Origin: Chitinophagaceae bacterium
GTDB lineage: Bacteria > Bacteroidota > Bacteroidia > Chitinophagales > Chitinophagaceae
DNA length: 64,000 bases
Assembly: GCA_031374245.1 (NCBI GenBank)
Contig: JANMFO010000206.1
Span: 909 to 64,908, forward strand
Reading direction: 5' to 3'
The translations under genes and the position numbers were made by a program. A model generated the notes under the pieces. That model saw nothing but the letters and a program-made list of their open reading frames with translations, did not search any database and had not been told where the DNA came from. Of the stretch, positions 46,378 to 56,445 are shown one piece after another (position 1 is the stretch's first letter; the number at the start of each line of letters is the position of its first letter).

Positions 46378-47376
46378 TTATTGTTGTGCAGGAGTTAGTT
46401 TCAATATTTCAGTTGCAAACTTTTCAACTTCTTCCTGTACCGACTGCACATCTTTTGATTTTATGTAAGATCCCAGCACATGATCACCAGCGTTGGGAAT
46501 AGCCACCTGCCGTTTCATATTTTCTGGTGTTCCTAATTGGGTGAACATCCTTTTCATAGCAGAAACTTTTACCACAGGGTCCTGGTTGTCTTCATCTTTA
46601 AAATAATAAAGCATTAATACGGGCTGTGTAACTTTTTTAAAAGTTGATTCCTTCATGGTTGACTCCAGCAGTTCTTCCAGCTGCACCAGCGAAGTAGTAA
46701 CATACCTGTTATTCCAGTATTGGGCATAGATAGCAGTGGTATCACTGACAGTGCGATGTTTGCCGGTAACTAAATGGGCAATCTGCAATCCCCAATGATT
46801 GTTCAACAGCCATGCATTTGGGTCGTTAATGGCAATGTTGGGAGAAAGTAAAATCAATCCGGCGATGTCAGGATATTCGGCTGCCAACTTTAATGCTAAT
46901 GTGCCGCCGGTAGAAGTGGACATTAAAATAATTTTTTTACCTAATTGCTTACCAATAGCATAAGCTTCTTTGGCGGAGTTCCAAAGACCATCTGCTGTAA
47001 AATTGGCCAGTGGTTCTGTTGTGTCCACTCCATGAGCATCGAGGCGACTTAAAAATAAATTGCATCCGAATTTTTGTGCAAACTCATAATGCACGGGGTC
47101 GCCTTCTTCCTGGCTGGCAGAAAAACCATGCAGATACACTACTGCATACTCTGTTTTTTGTTTCAGAGAATCATTCAGCCACAAAATCCTTGCTTCGTTA
47201 TCTGGTTTTAGTTTATGCTTTGTTTCATTATTGCTGATGTATTGCTCCATTGCAGCAGGGGCAGCAGGAATGACAGGTAGTTCTTTTGTATATTTTGGAG
47301 CAGATGGCTGAGGTCCTGAAAAATATACTACAATAAGTACTAACAGGATGATGCCTAACCATTTGAGGAACCTCAT
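46378..47376 (-). CDS. Alpha/beta-fold hydrolase (membrane- or signal-anchored esterase)
   Basis: HGFSAS oxyanion region, nucleophile elbow STSTGG and a distal GDHVL. Confidence 0.7.
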   Translation of the reverse strand: MRFLKWLGIILLVLIVVYFSGPQPSAPKYTKELPVIPAAPAAMEQYISNNETKHKLKPDNEARILWLNDSLKQKTEYAVVYLHGFSASQEEGDPVHYEFAQKFGCNLFLSRLDAHGVDTTEPLANFTADGLWNSAKEAYAIGKQLGKKIILMSTSTGGTLALKLAAEYPDIAGLILLSPNIAINDPNAWLLNNHWGLQIAHLVTGKHRTVSDTTAIYAQYWNNRYVTTSLVQLEELLESTMKESTFKKVTQPVLMLYYFKDEDNQDPVVKVSAMKRMFTQLGTPENMKRQVAIPNAGDHVLGSYIKSKDVQSVQEEVEKFATEILKLTPAQQ

Positions 47377-47523
47377 ATTGCTGTTTTTATGAAATTACTG
47401 CAATTATCCGTTTAAATGCTGTTAAGTCTGCATTAAATGCCTGTTTCGTTTGCTCCCGCCGCTTAAATTCAGTACCTTCGCCGCTCGTTTGTCGAAAAGG
47501 ACTCCTTCGGAGAAAATGAGATT

Positions 47524-49335
47524 ATGGAAATAAGAAACATAGCTATTATAGCACACGTTGACCACGGTAAAACTACACTGGTTGACAAGATTTTACATGC
47601 CACTAAAGTATTCAGGGATAACCAGGATACAGGTGAACTTATCATGGATAGCAACGACCTGGAAAGGGAAAGGGGTATCACTATTTTTAGTAAGAATGCT
47701 GCTGTTGTTTACAAAGACGTTAAAATAAATGTTATTGATACTCCTGGTCACGCCGACTTTGGAGGCGAAGTTGAAAGGGTATTGAAAATGGCGGATGGTG
47801 TTTGCCTGCTGGTAGATGCTTTTGAAGGTCCGATGCCACAAACAAGATTTGTTCTCCAAAAAGCCCTTCAGTTAAACCTGAAACCAATTGTTATTATTAA
47901 TAAAGTAGATAAATCCAATTGCCGACCTGATGAAGTGCATGATGCAATTTTTGAGTTATTCTTTAACCTGGATGCAACAGAAGAGCAGTTGAATTTTCCA
48001 ACCTTTTATGGTTCTGGAAAAAATGGCTGGTTCAATGATTCATTGGAACAAATTGAAGGTATTGATCCATTATTGGATGGTATCATTAAATATGTGCCAG
48101 CACCAAAAGTAAATGAAGGGCCAGTGCAAATGCAAATCACTTCTCTGGATTATTCTTCATTCCTTGGCCGTATTGCCGTAGGTAAAGTAAGCCGCGGTAT
48201 ATTGAATGAAGGACAAAATATTGTTTTAATGCAGGCTGATGGCAGCATTAAGAAAACAAAAGTGAGAGAGTTGTATGTGTTTGAAGGAATGGGTAAAAAG
48301 AAAGTAACAGAAGTAGTAGCTGGTGACTTATGTGCGGTGGTAGGAATTGAAGGATTTAATATTGGTGATACATTGGCTGATGCAGAAACACCTGAAGCAT
48401 TACCGGTGATAAGTGTGGATGAGCCAACCATGAATATGCTGTTCTCTGTAAACAACTCACCATTCTTTGGCAGAGACGGAAAGTTTGTTACATCAAGACA
48501 TCTCCGTGATCGTTTGATGAAAGAAACAGAAAAGAACCTTGCCTTACGAGTAGAGGATAGTGAAGAAGGAGATAGTCTGATGGTATTTGGCCGTGGTATA
48601 TTACACTTGGGTATATTGATAGAAACAATGCGCCGGGAAGGATATGAGTTAACGATTGGTCAGCCACAGGTAATAATAAAAGAAATCAACGGTAAGAAAT
48701 GTGAGCCGTATGAAAACCTCGTAGTGGATGTACCGCAGGAATTTGCGAGTAAAGTAATTGATTTGGTTAGCCGTAAGAAAGGCGAGATGCTCATTATGGA
48801 AACAAAAGGTGAAATGCAGCATTTGGAATTTGAAATCCCTTCAAGAGGATTGATTGGTTTGCGTACTCAAATGCTAACGGCCACTACCGGTGAAGCTGTA
48901 ATGGCCCATCGCTTTACTGAATATAAACCCTGGAAAGGCCCGATACCCGGAAGAAGTAATGGTGTATTGCTTTCCAAGAATACAGAAAAGACAACCGGCT
49001 ATTCAATAGATAAATTACAGGACAGGGGAAGTTTTTTTGTTGACGCAGCAGAAGAAGTATATGCCGGACAGATTATAGCTGAAAATATTAAACCCGGTGA
49101 TCTTGTAGTAAATGCTACTGAGCCAAAGAAACTGACCAACCACCGTGCCAGCGGAAGTGATGATGCCACCCGCATTCAACCTAAAACTCTGATGACTTTA
49201 GAAGAATGTATGGAATACATTCAGCAGGATGAATGTATTGAAGTAACGCCAAACTTTATCCGTATGCGTAAAGTGGTATTGGATGAAAATGAAAGGCTGA
49301 AACAAACGAAGAAAATGAGTTCTCAGGCGGTGTAA
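47524..49335 (+). CDS. typA: Translational GTPase TypA/BipA
   Basis: [17 protein letters not shown] and NKVD G-motifs, 603 aa. Confidence 0.96.
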   Translation: MEIRNIAIIAHVDHGKTTLVDKILHATKVFRDNQDTGELIMDSNDLERERGITIFSKNAAVVYKDVKINVIDTPGHADFGGEVERVLKMADGVCLLVDAFEGPMPQTRFVLQKALQLNLKPIVIINKVDKSNCRPDEVHDAIFELFFNLDATEEQLNFPTFYGSGKNGWFNDSLEQIEGIDPLLDGIIKYVPAPKVNEGPVQMQITSLDYSSFLGRIAVGKVSRGILNEGQNIVLMQADGSIKKTKVRELYVFEGMGKKKVTEVVAGDLCAVVGIEGFNIGDTLADAETPEALPVISVDEPTMNMLFSVNNSPFFGRDGKFVTSRHLRDRLMKETEKNLALRVEDSEEGDSLMVFGRGILHLGILIETMRREGYELTIGQPQVIIKEINGKKCEPYENLVVDVPQEFASKVIDLVSRKKGEMLIMETKGEMQHLEFEIPSRGLIGLRTQMLTATTGEAVMAHRFTEYKPWKGPIPGRSNGVLLSKNTEKTTGYSIDKLQDRGSFFVDAAEEVYAGQIIAENIKPGDLVVNATEPKKLTNHRASGSDDATRIQPKTLMTLEECMEYIQQDECIEVTPNFIRMRKVVLDENERLKQTKKMSSQAV

Positions 49336-49364
49336 ATCGTAATAAATAATTCTTATCTGGTAAA

Positions 49365-49400
49365 AGCAACACATATTGTTTAATATGTGTTGCTTTTTTT
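49365..49400 (+). terminator. Rho-independent terminator after typA
   Basis: A 12-13-bp perfect stem (AGCAACACATATT / AATATGTGTTGCT) with loop GTTT, followed by T7. Confidence 0.85.
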
Positions 49401-49559
49401 ATATTTGTTCTTGAACATGAACGGACCTAAGAATACCATTGACTTAAACGCCACTAGAGCAAGTTGAGGTTAACGAATTTGCTATGAGCTTTTTAATCAT
49501 CGAATTATAGGAGAATACAGATAAACTGTATTCAAGAGTAAACCAAAACAACTGTCAAA

Positions 49560-50399
49560 ATGATTCCCAATGTTTTTCATTTCGTATTTGGAATGGCAGA
49601 GGACTTTGGGGGCATACCGTTCAGTTTGGTACATTACCTGTCAATAAAATCTGCGATAGTTATTAATAAGCCTGATAGCGCATATTTTCATTACCAATAT
49701 GAACCGGAAGGCGAGTGGTGGTCTAAGGCAAAAGAATTTCTGACATTAAATAAGATTACAGCACCGAATAATTTTCATGGCAATGAATTGTGTCACGTAG
49801 CGCATAAAGCTGATGTAGTAAGGTTACAGGCGTTGAAAGAAACCGGCGGTATTTATCTGGACCTTGATACCATCAGTGTAAGACCATTAACTGATTTGTT
49901 GCAAAATTCCTTTGCCATCGGGCAGGAACTAAAAACAGCATATATTCCTAAAAATTTCAGACAAAGGGCCAAACATAGTTTTCGCAAACAACTTGGTTTG
50001 GTTAAAGATGTTACGACTGAATCAATTGGTTTGTGCAATGCGGTACTATTATCAGAAAAGAATGGTGATTTTGTAAACAAATGGCTGAATGAGTATAAAA
50101 CATTTCGTTCGCTTGGCAGAGATAAATACTGGAATGAACACTCAGTACAGGTGCCGCTAAAATTGGCAGAGCACTACCCGGAAAGTATTACTAAACTCAG
50201 CCCTTATGCCTTTCATTATCCGTTGTATGATGAACAGGGATTAAGGTCAATGTTTGAAGAAGTAAACGAATTTTCCGAAGCATATCTTCATCATCTGTGG
50301 GAATCTTTTTCATGGGATAAATATTTATCAAAGCTTACTCAGGAAGAAATCAAAACAAAGGAGACTACTTACAATCTTATTGCCCGCAGGTTTCTGTAA
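49560..50399 (+). CDS. Glycosyltransferase, GT32-like (DXD sugar transferase)
   Basis: IPNVFHFVFG..., KADVVRLQALKETGGIYLDLD pattern typical of the Gly_transf_sug/OCH1-like family. Confidence 0.6.
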   Translation: MIPNVFHFVFGMAEDFGGIPFSLVHYLSIKSAIVINKPDSAYFHYQYEPEGEWWSKAKEFLTLNKITAPNNFHGNELCHVAHKADVVRLQALKETGGIYLDLDTISVRPLTDLLQNSFAIGQELKTAYIPKNFRQRAKHSFRKQLGLVKDVTTESIGLCNAVLLSEKNGDFVNKWLNEYKTFRSLGRDKYWNEHSVQVPLKLAEHYPESITKLSPYAFHYPLYDEQGLRSMFEEVNEFSEAYLHHLWESFSWDKYLSKLTQEEIKTKETTYNLIARRFL

Positions 50400-50408
50400 A
50401 AAATAAAA

Positions 50409-51563
50409 ATGAAAGTTGGATTTGCTGCAAGATGGAGTCCGTTGGACAAAAAATCATGGTCAGGAACCAGCTATTATACATACCAGGAAATTAAAAAATA
50501 TAACGAAGTAGAAATCTTCCACTACAAATGGCCATGGTATTTGCGGGAATGGCTGACGATGCAGAAAAGCCTGAACAGAAAGTTTTTTAAAAAGCAAACT
50601 TCAGTAGAATTTTTAAAATCTTACGCAAAGTATTTCAGTAAACAATTAGAGAAAGATCTTAAAAAGCGACCTGTAGATATATTATTTGTTTCCGCTTCAT
50701 CGCAATTGGTTGCTTATTTAAAAACGGATATCCCTGTTATTTATATGACGGATGCCACTTTTCAGCAGCTACAGGGTTACTATCCTTATTTCAGAAACCT
50801 GGCAGGCTACAATATCCGGCAGGGAATTGAATTGGATAAAAAAGCCTTTCAAAAAGTGGCCCATTGTATGCTGGCATCCGACTGGAATAAAAATTCTGTC
50901 ATCAATGATTATGGAATTGATAAAAAAATAATTTCTGTAGTACCCTGCGGCGCTAATATAGATATTGTTCCTGCCCCGGAAGATTTACAACCTTATACTA
51001 CCGGGCCATTCCGTTTGTTATTTCTTGGAGTTGAATGGGATAGAAAGGGAGGAGATATTGCACTGGAAACATTCCGGCTATTACAACGTAAAGGCATGAA
51101 TGTACTATTGCATATTATTGGTTGTGTACCACCATATGATTTAAGTAAGGAAAAAGATATTACCGTTATCCCTTTCTTAGATAAAAATAAACAAGAAGAC
51201 TTTTTACAACTGCATAAAATATTTCTTGAAACAACTATCCTCTTTTTACCCACCCGTGCAGAATGTGCCGGGGTGGTTTTTAGTGAAGCATCGGCTTATG
51301 GGATTCCGTCTGTAACTACAGATACCGGGGGGGTTATAACGTATATTAAAAATGATATTAATGGCTATACACTTGCGGTTGAGGCTGACCCGGAAGAATA
51401 TGCTAACCTGCTTGGCAAAATATTGAATGACAGAAACTTGTTGAACAGGTTAAAAAGGAGTAGTCGTACATACTATGAAGAACAACTGTCCTGGCAAGAA
51501 TGGGGTAGTAAGTTTCAGTTACTGGCAGAAAACTGCCTTCAACATAAAGTTTCAGGAAAATAA
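50409..51563 (+). CDS. Glycosyltransferase family 4 (GT-B, retaining type)
   Basis: C-terminal E-x7-E region (SEASAYGIPSVTTDTGG) and 384 aa. Confidence 0.8.
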   Translation: MKVGFAARWSPLDKKSWSGTSYYTYQEIKKYNEVEIFHYKWPWYLREWLTMQKSLNRKFFKKQTSVEFLKSYAKYFSKQLEKDLKKRPVDILFVSASSQLVAYLKTDIPVIYMTDATFQQLQGYYPYFRNLAGYNIRQGIELDKKAFQKVAHCMLASDWNKNSVINDYGIDKKIISVVPCGANIDIVPAPEDLQPYTTGPFRLLFLGVEWDRKGGDIALETFRLLQRKGMNVLLHIIGCVPPYDLSKEKDITVIPFLDKNKQEDFLQLHKIFLETTILFLPTRAECAGVVFSEASAYGIPSVTTDTGGVITYIKNDINGYTLAVEADPEEYANLLGKILNDRNLLNRLKRSSRTYYEEQLSWQEWGSKFQLLAENCLQHKVSGK

Positions 51564-51594
51564 AAGCAACTTACCTTTGCGGAAAATAAGGAAG

Positions 51595-51810
51595 ATGAAA
51601 AAGTGGGCATTGATAGTACTCTTTATCGTAGGTTCAATATTGATGAAAAATGACGTAACTGCGCAATGTTCTATTTGTACAAAAACTGCACAACAACTGG
51701 GCGAAAAACCTGCCAAGGGAATGAATAGTGGTATTTTGTATCTCGCCTTTGCACCATTTGCTATTGTTGGGTATATTGGTTTTCGCTGGTGGAAGAATAA
51801 TAAAGAGTAA
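51595..51810 (+). CDS. Small signal-peptide/CxxC/C-terminal-TM protein, function unknown
   Basis: 71 aa: MKKWALIVLFIVGSIL... AQCSICTK ... ILYLAFAPFAIVGYIGFRWWKNNKE. The upstream in-frame extension in the ORF track overlaps the GT4 gene and is unlikely to be translated. Confidence 0.5.
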   Translation: MKKWALIVLFIVGSILMKNDVTAQCSICTKTAQQLGEKPAKGMNSGILYLAFAPFAIVGYIGFRWWKNNKE

Positions 51811-51863
51811 ACAATTACTATAGAATTCGTTTTCAGTTACAATAGCTGAGTTTATTAAAATGT

Positions 51864-52829
51864 ATGGAGAAAGCAAAGAATATTTTACAAAATACTTTTG
51901 CAACTGCTGCTTTTACAGTCGTTACCCCCAATTACCTGTCCCACGCCTGGTCGCTTAAAAAATCTTTTTTACAACACAATCCGGAGGCTGCATTTTTTAT
52001 TGGCATATTAGGTAATGAAAGTCATTGCCCGGGAATGAATATAGAAAACTGCTATTTTCTCGATTCGCTTCACGATAGTCGCATCGAAGGTATGCTGGGT
52101 AGGTACCAGCCTTTTGAAATGAACTGTGCTCTAAAGCCTTTTTTTGCCAGTTGTATATTAGAACAACATGCTAATGTGCAACGGCTGATCTACCTGGATA
52201 GTGATATGTATGTATTCGGCCCTTTTGCATCATTAACTGATGCTGCCATTACACTTAGTCCGCACCGAACAAAATATACCTATTATCTCCCAGAGCCGAA
52301 AAATTATAGTATCATTTCATTGACTCGCTATGGGGTTTACAATGCAGGTTATTTTGAAGTGCAGCGGAAAGCAGAAGCTTTTGCTTTCCTGGAATGGTGG
52401 AAACAATTACTGGAGCACACGGGTTATGAAAAACCCGAAGAGCATCTTTTTGGTGATCAGCTTTGGTTAAATTTAGTCCACTCTTTTTTTGATGATGTGT
52501 ATGTCAATAAAAACCCCGGTTACAATGTAGCCTTATGGAACCTGATTGAACGACAGGTAGAGGAAAGAGATGGAATATACTTTGTTAATAGCAAACCCTT
52601 AGTCTTGTTTCATTTTTCAAAATATAATATGGCAGAACCGGACAGGATGGTTAACTATACTGAACCTTATTTAACGTTTGCCAATTTTCCTGAGTTAAAG
52701 ACAATTTATCAAAAATACCGGGAAGGCCTTCTTGAAGCGGGGTATGAGAAATACAAATCTATTCCATACCCTTTTTCCTATACTCAGGTCAGTAAAAAGA
52801 AAACCTGGTGGAAAAAATTATTTTCCTGA
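51864..52829 (+). CDS. Putative nucleotide-diphospho-sugar transferase (GT-A-like, DSD motif)
   Basis: FTVVTPNYL... and LIYLDSDMYVF motifs suggest a GT8-like fold. Assignment is tentative. Confidence 0.5.
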   Translation: MEKAKNILQNTFATAAFTVVTPNYLSHAWSLKKSFLQHNPEAAFFIGILGNESHCPGMNIENCYFLDSLHDSRIEGMLGRYQPFEMNCALKPFFASCILEQHANVQRLIYLDSDMYVFGPFASLTDAAITLSPHRTKYTYYLPEPKNYSIISLTRYGVYNAGYFEVQRKAEAFAFLEWWKQLLEHTGYEKPEEHLFGDQLWLNLVHSFFDDVYVNKNPGYNVALWNLIERQVEERDGIYFVNSKPLVLFHFSKYNMAEPDRMVNYTEPYLTFANFPELKTIYQKYREGLLEAGYEKYKSIPYPFSYTQVSKKKTWWKKLFS

Positions 52830-52904
52830 TCTCTCGGGATTAGTTTTACATTTCAGGAGTACAAATAATTTTTATTTCAAGATCATATACAAAAAAATTG
52901 TTTT

Positions 52905-53597
52905 ATGGTTATTGGCAATGGATTAGTTGCAAGACAATTCGAATTGTACAACAGGCAGGAAAACTTCCTGGTTTTTGCTTCTGGTGTTTCAAATTCGAAA
53001 ACTAAAAACCCCGAAGCGTATAACCGGGAAATGAAATTGCTCAAAGACAGTGTTCAGAAATACAATACTAAATCTTTAGTTTACTTCAGCACCTGTAGTA
53101 TTTATGATCCTCATGAAATGGAATCTGCTTATGTGAAACATAAACTTCAGATTGAAGATTTTATAAAAAACCATGTAAAACAATACCATATTTTCCGGAT
53201 TTCAAACCTCGCCGGAAAATCGACCAATCCGAATACACTTCTTAATTTTTTTTTTAACCATGTAAAAAATGGGGTAAATTTCGATTTATGGACAAATGCC
53301 TGCAGAAATATTATTGATGTTGATGATGCTTATCTGATCATTGATCATATACTAAAGAACAACCTCTTCCCGAACCAGGTTATTAATATTGCAAACCCGG
53401 CGAATAACCCTGTAAAAACAATCATCACAGCCATTGAGACTTTTCTGAATATCAAATCAAATTATATTGAAATTGACAATGGAGGCTGTTTTGAAATCGA
53501 TACGTCTCCCATTCAGCATATTATTCAACAACTGGGGATTCTGTTTGGTCCTGAATATTTAAAGGGTCTTCTCAATAAATATTACCTGCTTGTATGA
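52905..53597 (+). CDS. Atypical short NAD-dependent epimerase/dehydratase-like protein
   Basis: YVKHK (YxxxK) and an SDR-like core are present. The glycine-rich region is degenerate (VIGNGLVA) and the N-terminal Rossmann segment is abbreviated. Confidence 0.45.
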   Translation: MVIGNGLVARQFELYNRQENFLVFASGVSNSKTKNPEAYNREMKLLKDSVQKYNTKSLVYFSTCSIYDPHEMESAYVKHKLQIEDFIKNHVKQYHIFRISNLAGKSTNPNTLLNFFFNHVKNGVNFDLWTNACRNIIDVDDAYLIIDHILKNNLFPNQVINIANPANNPVKTIITAIETFLNIKSNYIEIDNGGCFEIDTSPIQHIIQQLGILFGPEYLKGLLNKYYLLV

Positions 53598-53607
53598 AAA
53601 TTATTGT

Positions 53608-54321
53608 CTATAACCTTTTTCTCGCCATTCCATAAATACCATTCACCATCATACCGTCAGAAAAGGAAATGGGATGTTGTTTTGTATCTTTTTTCATTAA
53701 TCTTTTTATTACAGGGTTCAGTAGTTTAGCCCATCTTCTTCTTCTGGCTCCACGTTTGGTGGCCACCACCCACATACCGATCATCTGGGCCATTGACATA
53801 TTCCAACCACCATGTGCAAACAATTCTATTTCTTCCATGCCGCAATCTTTAAAAATGCGTTGCAGGGCAAAAGGGGTATAACGATATTCATCATGTGGCA
53901 CTTCATGCAGGTTCCAGAGAAAGGGAACAGTAAAAAAAACAAGACCTCCGGGTTTCAGCACTCTTTTCATTTCATTAATTATCTTATTGGGATCGGGGCA
54001 ATGCTCCAATATTTCCGTTGCCATCAATGTATCAAAACTGTTGTCTTTAAAAGGCATCACATTTCCGTACCATGTAAAATCCGGTTTGATCCCGTCTTCA
54101 TATACAATCGCTGATTCAATATCAAGGCCTGTATAGTCAGTAATATATTTATTATCTAATAAGAACTGGCGGTATGGCTTACGACCGCAACCCACATCAA
54201 GCAAATGGCCTTTGAACTTTGGCGCACAAGCTTGCACGGCCTTCCAGATGCAGGAACGCATAACATACATACTTATATTGTCCCATGTTTGCGGAATAGC
54301 AGTAAAATTATCAGGCTTCAT
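53608..54321 (-). CDS. Class I SAM-dependent methyltransferase
   Basis: LLDVGCGRKPY motif I and a LKPGG post-II motif. Confidence 0.8.
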   Translation of the reverse strand: MKPDNFTAIPQTWDNISMYVMRSCIWKAVQACAPKFKGHLLDVGCGRKPYRQFLLDNKYITDYTGLDIESAIVYEDGIKPDFTWYGNVMPFKDNSFDTLMATEILEHCPDPNKIINEMKRVLKPGGLVFFTVPFLWNLHEVPHDEYRYTPFALQRIFKDCGMEEIELFAHGGWNMSMAQMIGMWVVATKRGARRRRWAKLLNPVIKRLMKKDTKQHPISFSDGMMVNGIYGMARKRL

Positions 54322-54367
54322 AATTTATGAATAAAGGGTAACTACATAGAAATAAAACAAGGCAACA

Positions 54368-55240
54368 CTAATACTTTGCTTTTTTTATTCTTCTCAAAGT
54401 ATAATAAAGATCAGCAACCAGGTTTTTCTTTTTAAAATGCAGAAAGCCGGGATATTGTTTCATCACTTTTTGCAGGGCTGCCGGGTAATAACTCAGCGGA
54501 ACATATTTAAAAATAATATCTTCCCGCTTCAATATATCTTTTCTTTTTGCAACCATTTCTTCAATATGCTGGTCACTTAGGTATTCATCTTTATTATATT
54601 CTGTATGTGCTGTAGCCAGTAATTTCTGTTTTATTTTTTCAATGCCGCCCAAAAATGAAAAATGCCAGCCTGCATCGGCCAGTGAAGGAAATATATCTCT
54701 TTTATTCCTTAATCCCTGTGGGGTTATTTCTTTGAACTGTTTGGCGGTTGCCGCAACACAACCCTTCCACCACCTGTCTTGTCTTGCACCCTGGCAATTG
54801 AGAAAATAATAATGAAACAACATGGAAAAAGCTTCCGGTTTAGCAGATGATATTGCTTTTATAATTGCAACAGGGGAAGGAATCTCATCCAGGTCGCCAA
54901 GCAGCACCAAATCAGTGTCTTCCATGTAAATGGCTGCTTCCAGTAAGGCATTTCGCTGTTCGTTTTCCAATTTCCAGGCGGCGCTTCCCGGGTTATACTT
55001 TTTTTGTTCTTCAAACACCAGGCCTTCCCGACTTTGTTCAATTGGCAGATAAATGATCTTATGTTGCCATGCCTTGAAACGTTCTTTTGCTTTTGGGAAA
55101 TTATAAGGCTTGCATTGGCCGGAGTGAGTAAGATTAGATTCGGCAATAACAAAATAATCCACCCACTTGTCAAGCAGTTTGAACCTGAACTCCAGCAGGT
55201 CAAGTTCATTAAAGAAAGTAAAGCAGTCAAAAACTTTCAC
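54368..55240 (-). CDS. Glycosyltransferase family 17-like protein
   Basis: The N-terminus MKVFDCFTFFNELDLLEFRFKLL...VDYFVIAES is the characteristic GT17 (GnT-III-like) signature. Confidence 0.7.
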   Translation of the reverse strand: MKVFDCFTFFNELDLLEFRFKLLDKWVDYFVIAESNLTHSGQCKPYNFPKAKERFKAWQHKIIYLPIEQSREGLVFEEQKKYNPGSAAWKLENEQRNALLEAAIYMEDTDLVLLGDLDEIPSPVAIIKAISSAKPEAFSMLFHYYFLNCQGARQDRWWKGCVAATAKQFKEITPQGLRNKRDIFPSLADAGWHFSFLGGIEKIKQKLLATAHTEYNKDEYLSDQHIEEMVAKRKDILKREDIIFKYVPLSYYPAALQKVMKQYPGFLHFKKKNLVADLYYTLRRIKKAKY

Positions 55241-55472
55241 GGTAACTAATTATATAGTGATTTGTGCCTTTTTATGATTCCCATCACAAATTTATATTTA
55301 TGAATCCGCCAACTGGCGGATCACTCTTTTTATAGGCGCTTTTACAAAAAGATTCTTTTTCGCTGATACCTCAACTATATTAGGAGTAAACTTTCCCGGT
55401 TCCACTTCAAATTTTGGTATGCAAAATGCTATTCTTATCGGCACTTCATAAGAGTTTAATTCTATGAAGTCA

Positions 55473-56405
55473 TTATTTATCCTTGATAAATTTATACAGG
55501 TTAAACTCCCCTTTTGAGTAAGCCGCTTCAATTTCTTTTTTTAGAACAACCTTGTCAATCCCTTTCATTCTTTTTTGCTCTATCAGGTAAAAAGCTCTTT
55601 CGGCCAGCAGCCAGAATGTTTTATCAGTAAGGTGTGCTTTCTGTAATTGGCGCAGTATTATTTCAATAAGCTCTTTTACGCCTTCTTTTTGAGAAGCTAT
55701 CGTTTTTACAACCGGCACTTCATTATAGTGTTTACTAAAAGTAGGTGCCAGCATTTGCTGCAGGTGTTTAACAAACGTATCAGCATCCGGGCGGTCGCTT
55801 TTATTCACTACAAAAATATCGGCTATCTCCATTAGTCCGGCCTTCATGGTTTGTACTTCATCGCCAGCCTCGGGAACCACTACAACCACTGTAACATCGG
55901 CCAGCCCAGCAATTTCAATTTCACTTTGTCCCACACCCACTGTCTCTACTATGATATGATCAAACTGAAAAGCTTTCAGCAGATCGGTTATTTCAATAAT
56001 CTTAGGATGCAGACCACCCATGGAACCACGGGTAGCTAAAGAACGGATAAAAACATTCGGATTAGTGTACCAATCACTCATCCGGATGCGGTCGCCAAGC
56101 AAAGCACCTAAATTAAAAGGCGAAGAAGGATCAACGCAAAGTACTGCCACCTTTTTTCCTGCATTAACTAAAAAGCCAATTAACGAATCCACCAGCGTAC
56201 TCTTGCCGGCACCCGGGGGGCCGGTAATTCCAATAATCTTTGTGGTGGAAGCAGGAAGTGACTGAAGCAGTGCTTCATAACCGGGGTATTCATTTTCTAC
56301 CAATGAAATACACCTGGCAAGGGCTTTTATGTTTCCCTCCTGTATCTGTTTAAGTAAGTCCTGCATGGAAAATTTTTCAGCGTAGCCAAAAATACGCTGA
56401 ATCAT
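55473..56405 (-). CDS. meaB: Methylmalonyl-CoA mutase-associated GTPase MeaB/ArgK
   Basis: GITGPPGAGKSTL P-loop, ETVGVGQSE and NKSD motifs. Confidence 0.9.
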   Translation of the reverse strand: MIQRIFGYAEKFSMQDLLKQIQEGNIKALARCISLVENEYPGYEALLQSLPASTTKIIGITGPPGAGKSTLVDSLIGFLVNAGKKVAVLCVDPSSPFNLGALLGDRIRMSDWYTNPNVFIRSLATRGSMGGLHPKIIEITDLLKAFQFDHIIVETVGVGQSEIEIAGLADVTVVVVVPEAGDEVQTMKAGLMEIADIFVVNKSDRPDADTFVKHLQQMLAPTFSKHYNEVPVVKTIASQKEGVKELIEIILRQLQKAHLTDKTFWLLAERAFYLIEQKRMKGIDKVVLKKEIEAAYSKGEFNLYKFIKDK

Positions 56406-56445
56406 AAAGCAAGGCGAATATGTCTGATAGTTTTATTTTCGCAAT

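Noticed and set aside
51475-51594. In-frame N-terminal extension of the small CxxC protein in the ORF track (111 aa version).
   Set aside because: It overlaps the GT4 coding region in another frame. The signal-peptide-like MKKWALIV… begins at ATG 51595, which is the sensible start.
55298-55531. 77-aa minus-strand ORF overlapping the 3' end of meaB.
   Set aside because: It overlaps meaB by 59 nt in another frame, has no recognisable motif, and its C-terminus is encoded by a hairpin (ATCCGCC-AGTT-GGCGGAT). That hairpin more likely acts as the meaB 3' stem-loop. Coding potential is unsupported.
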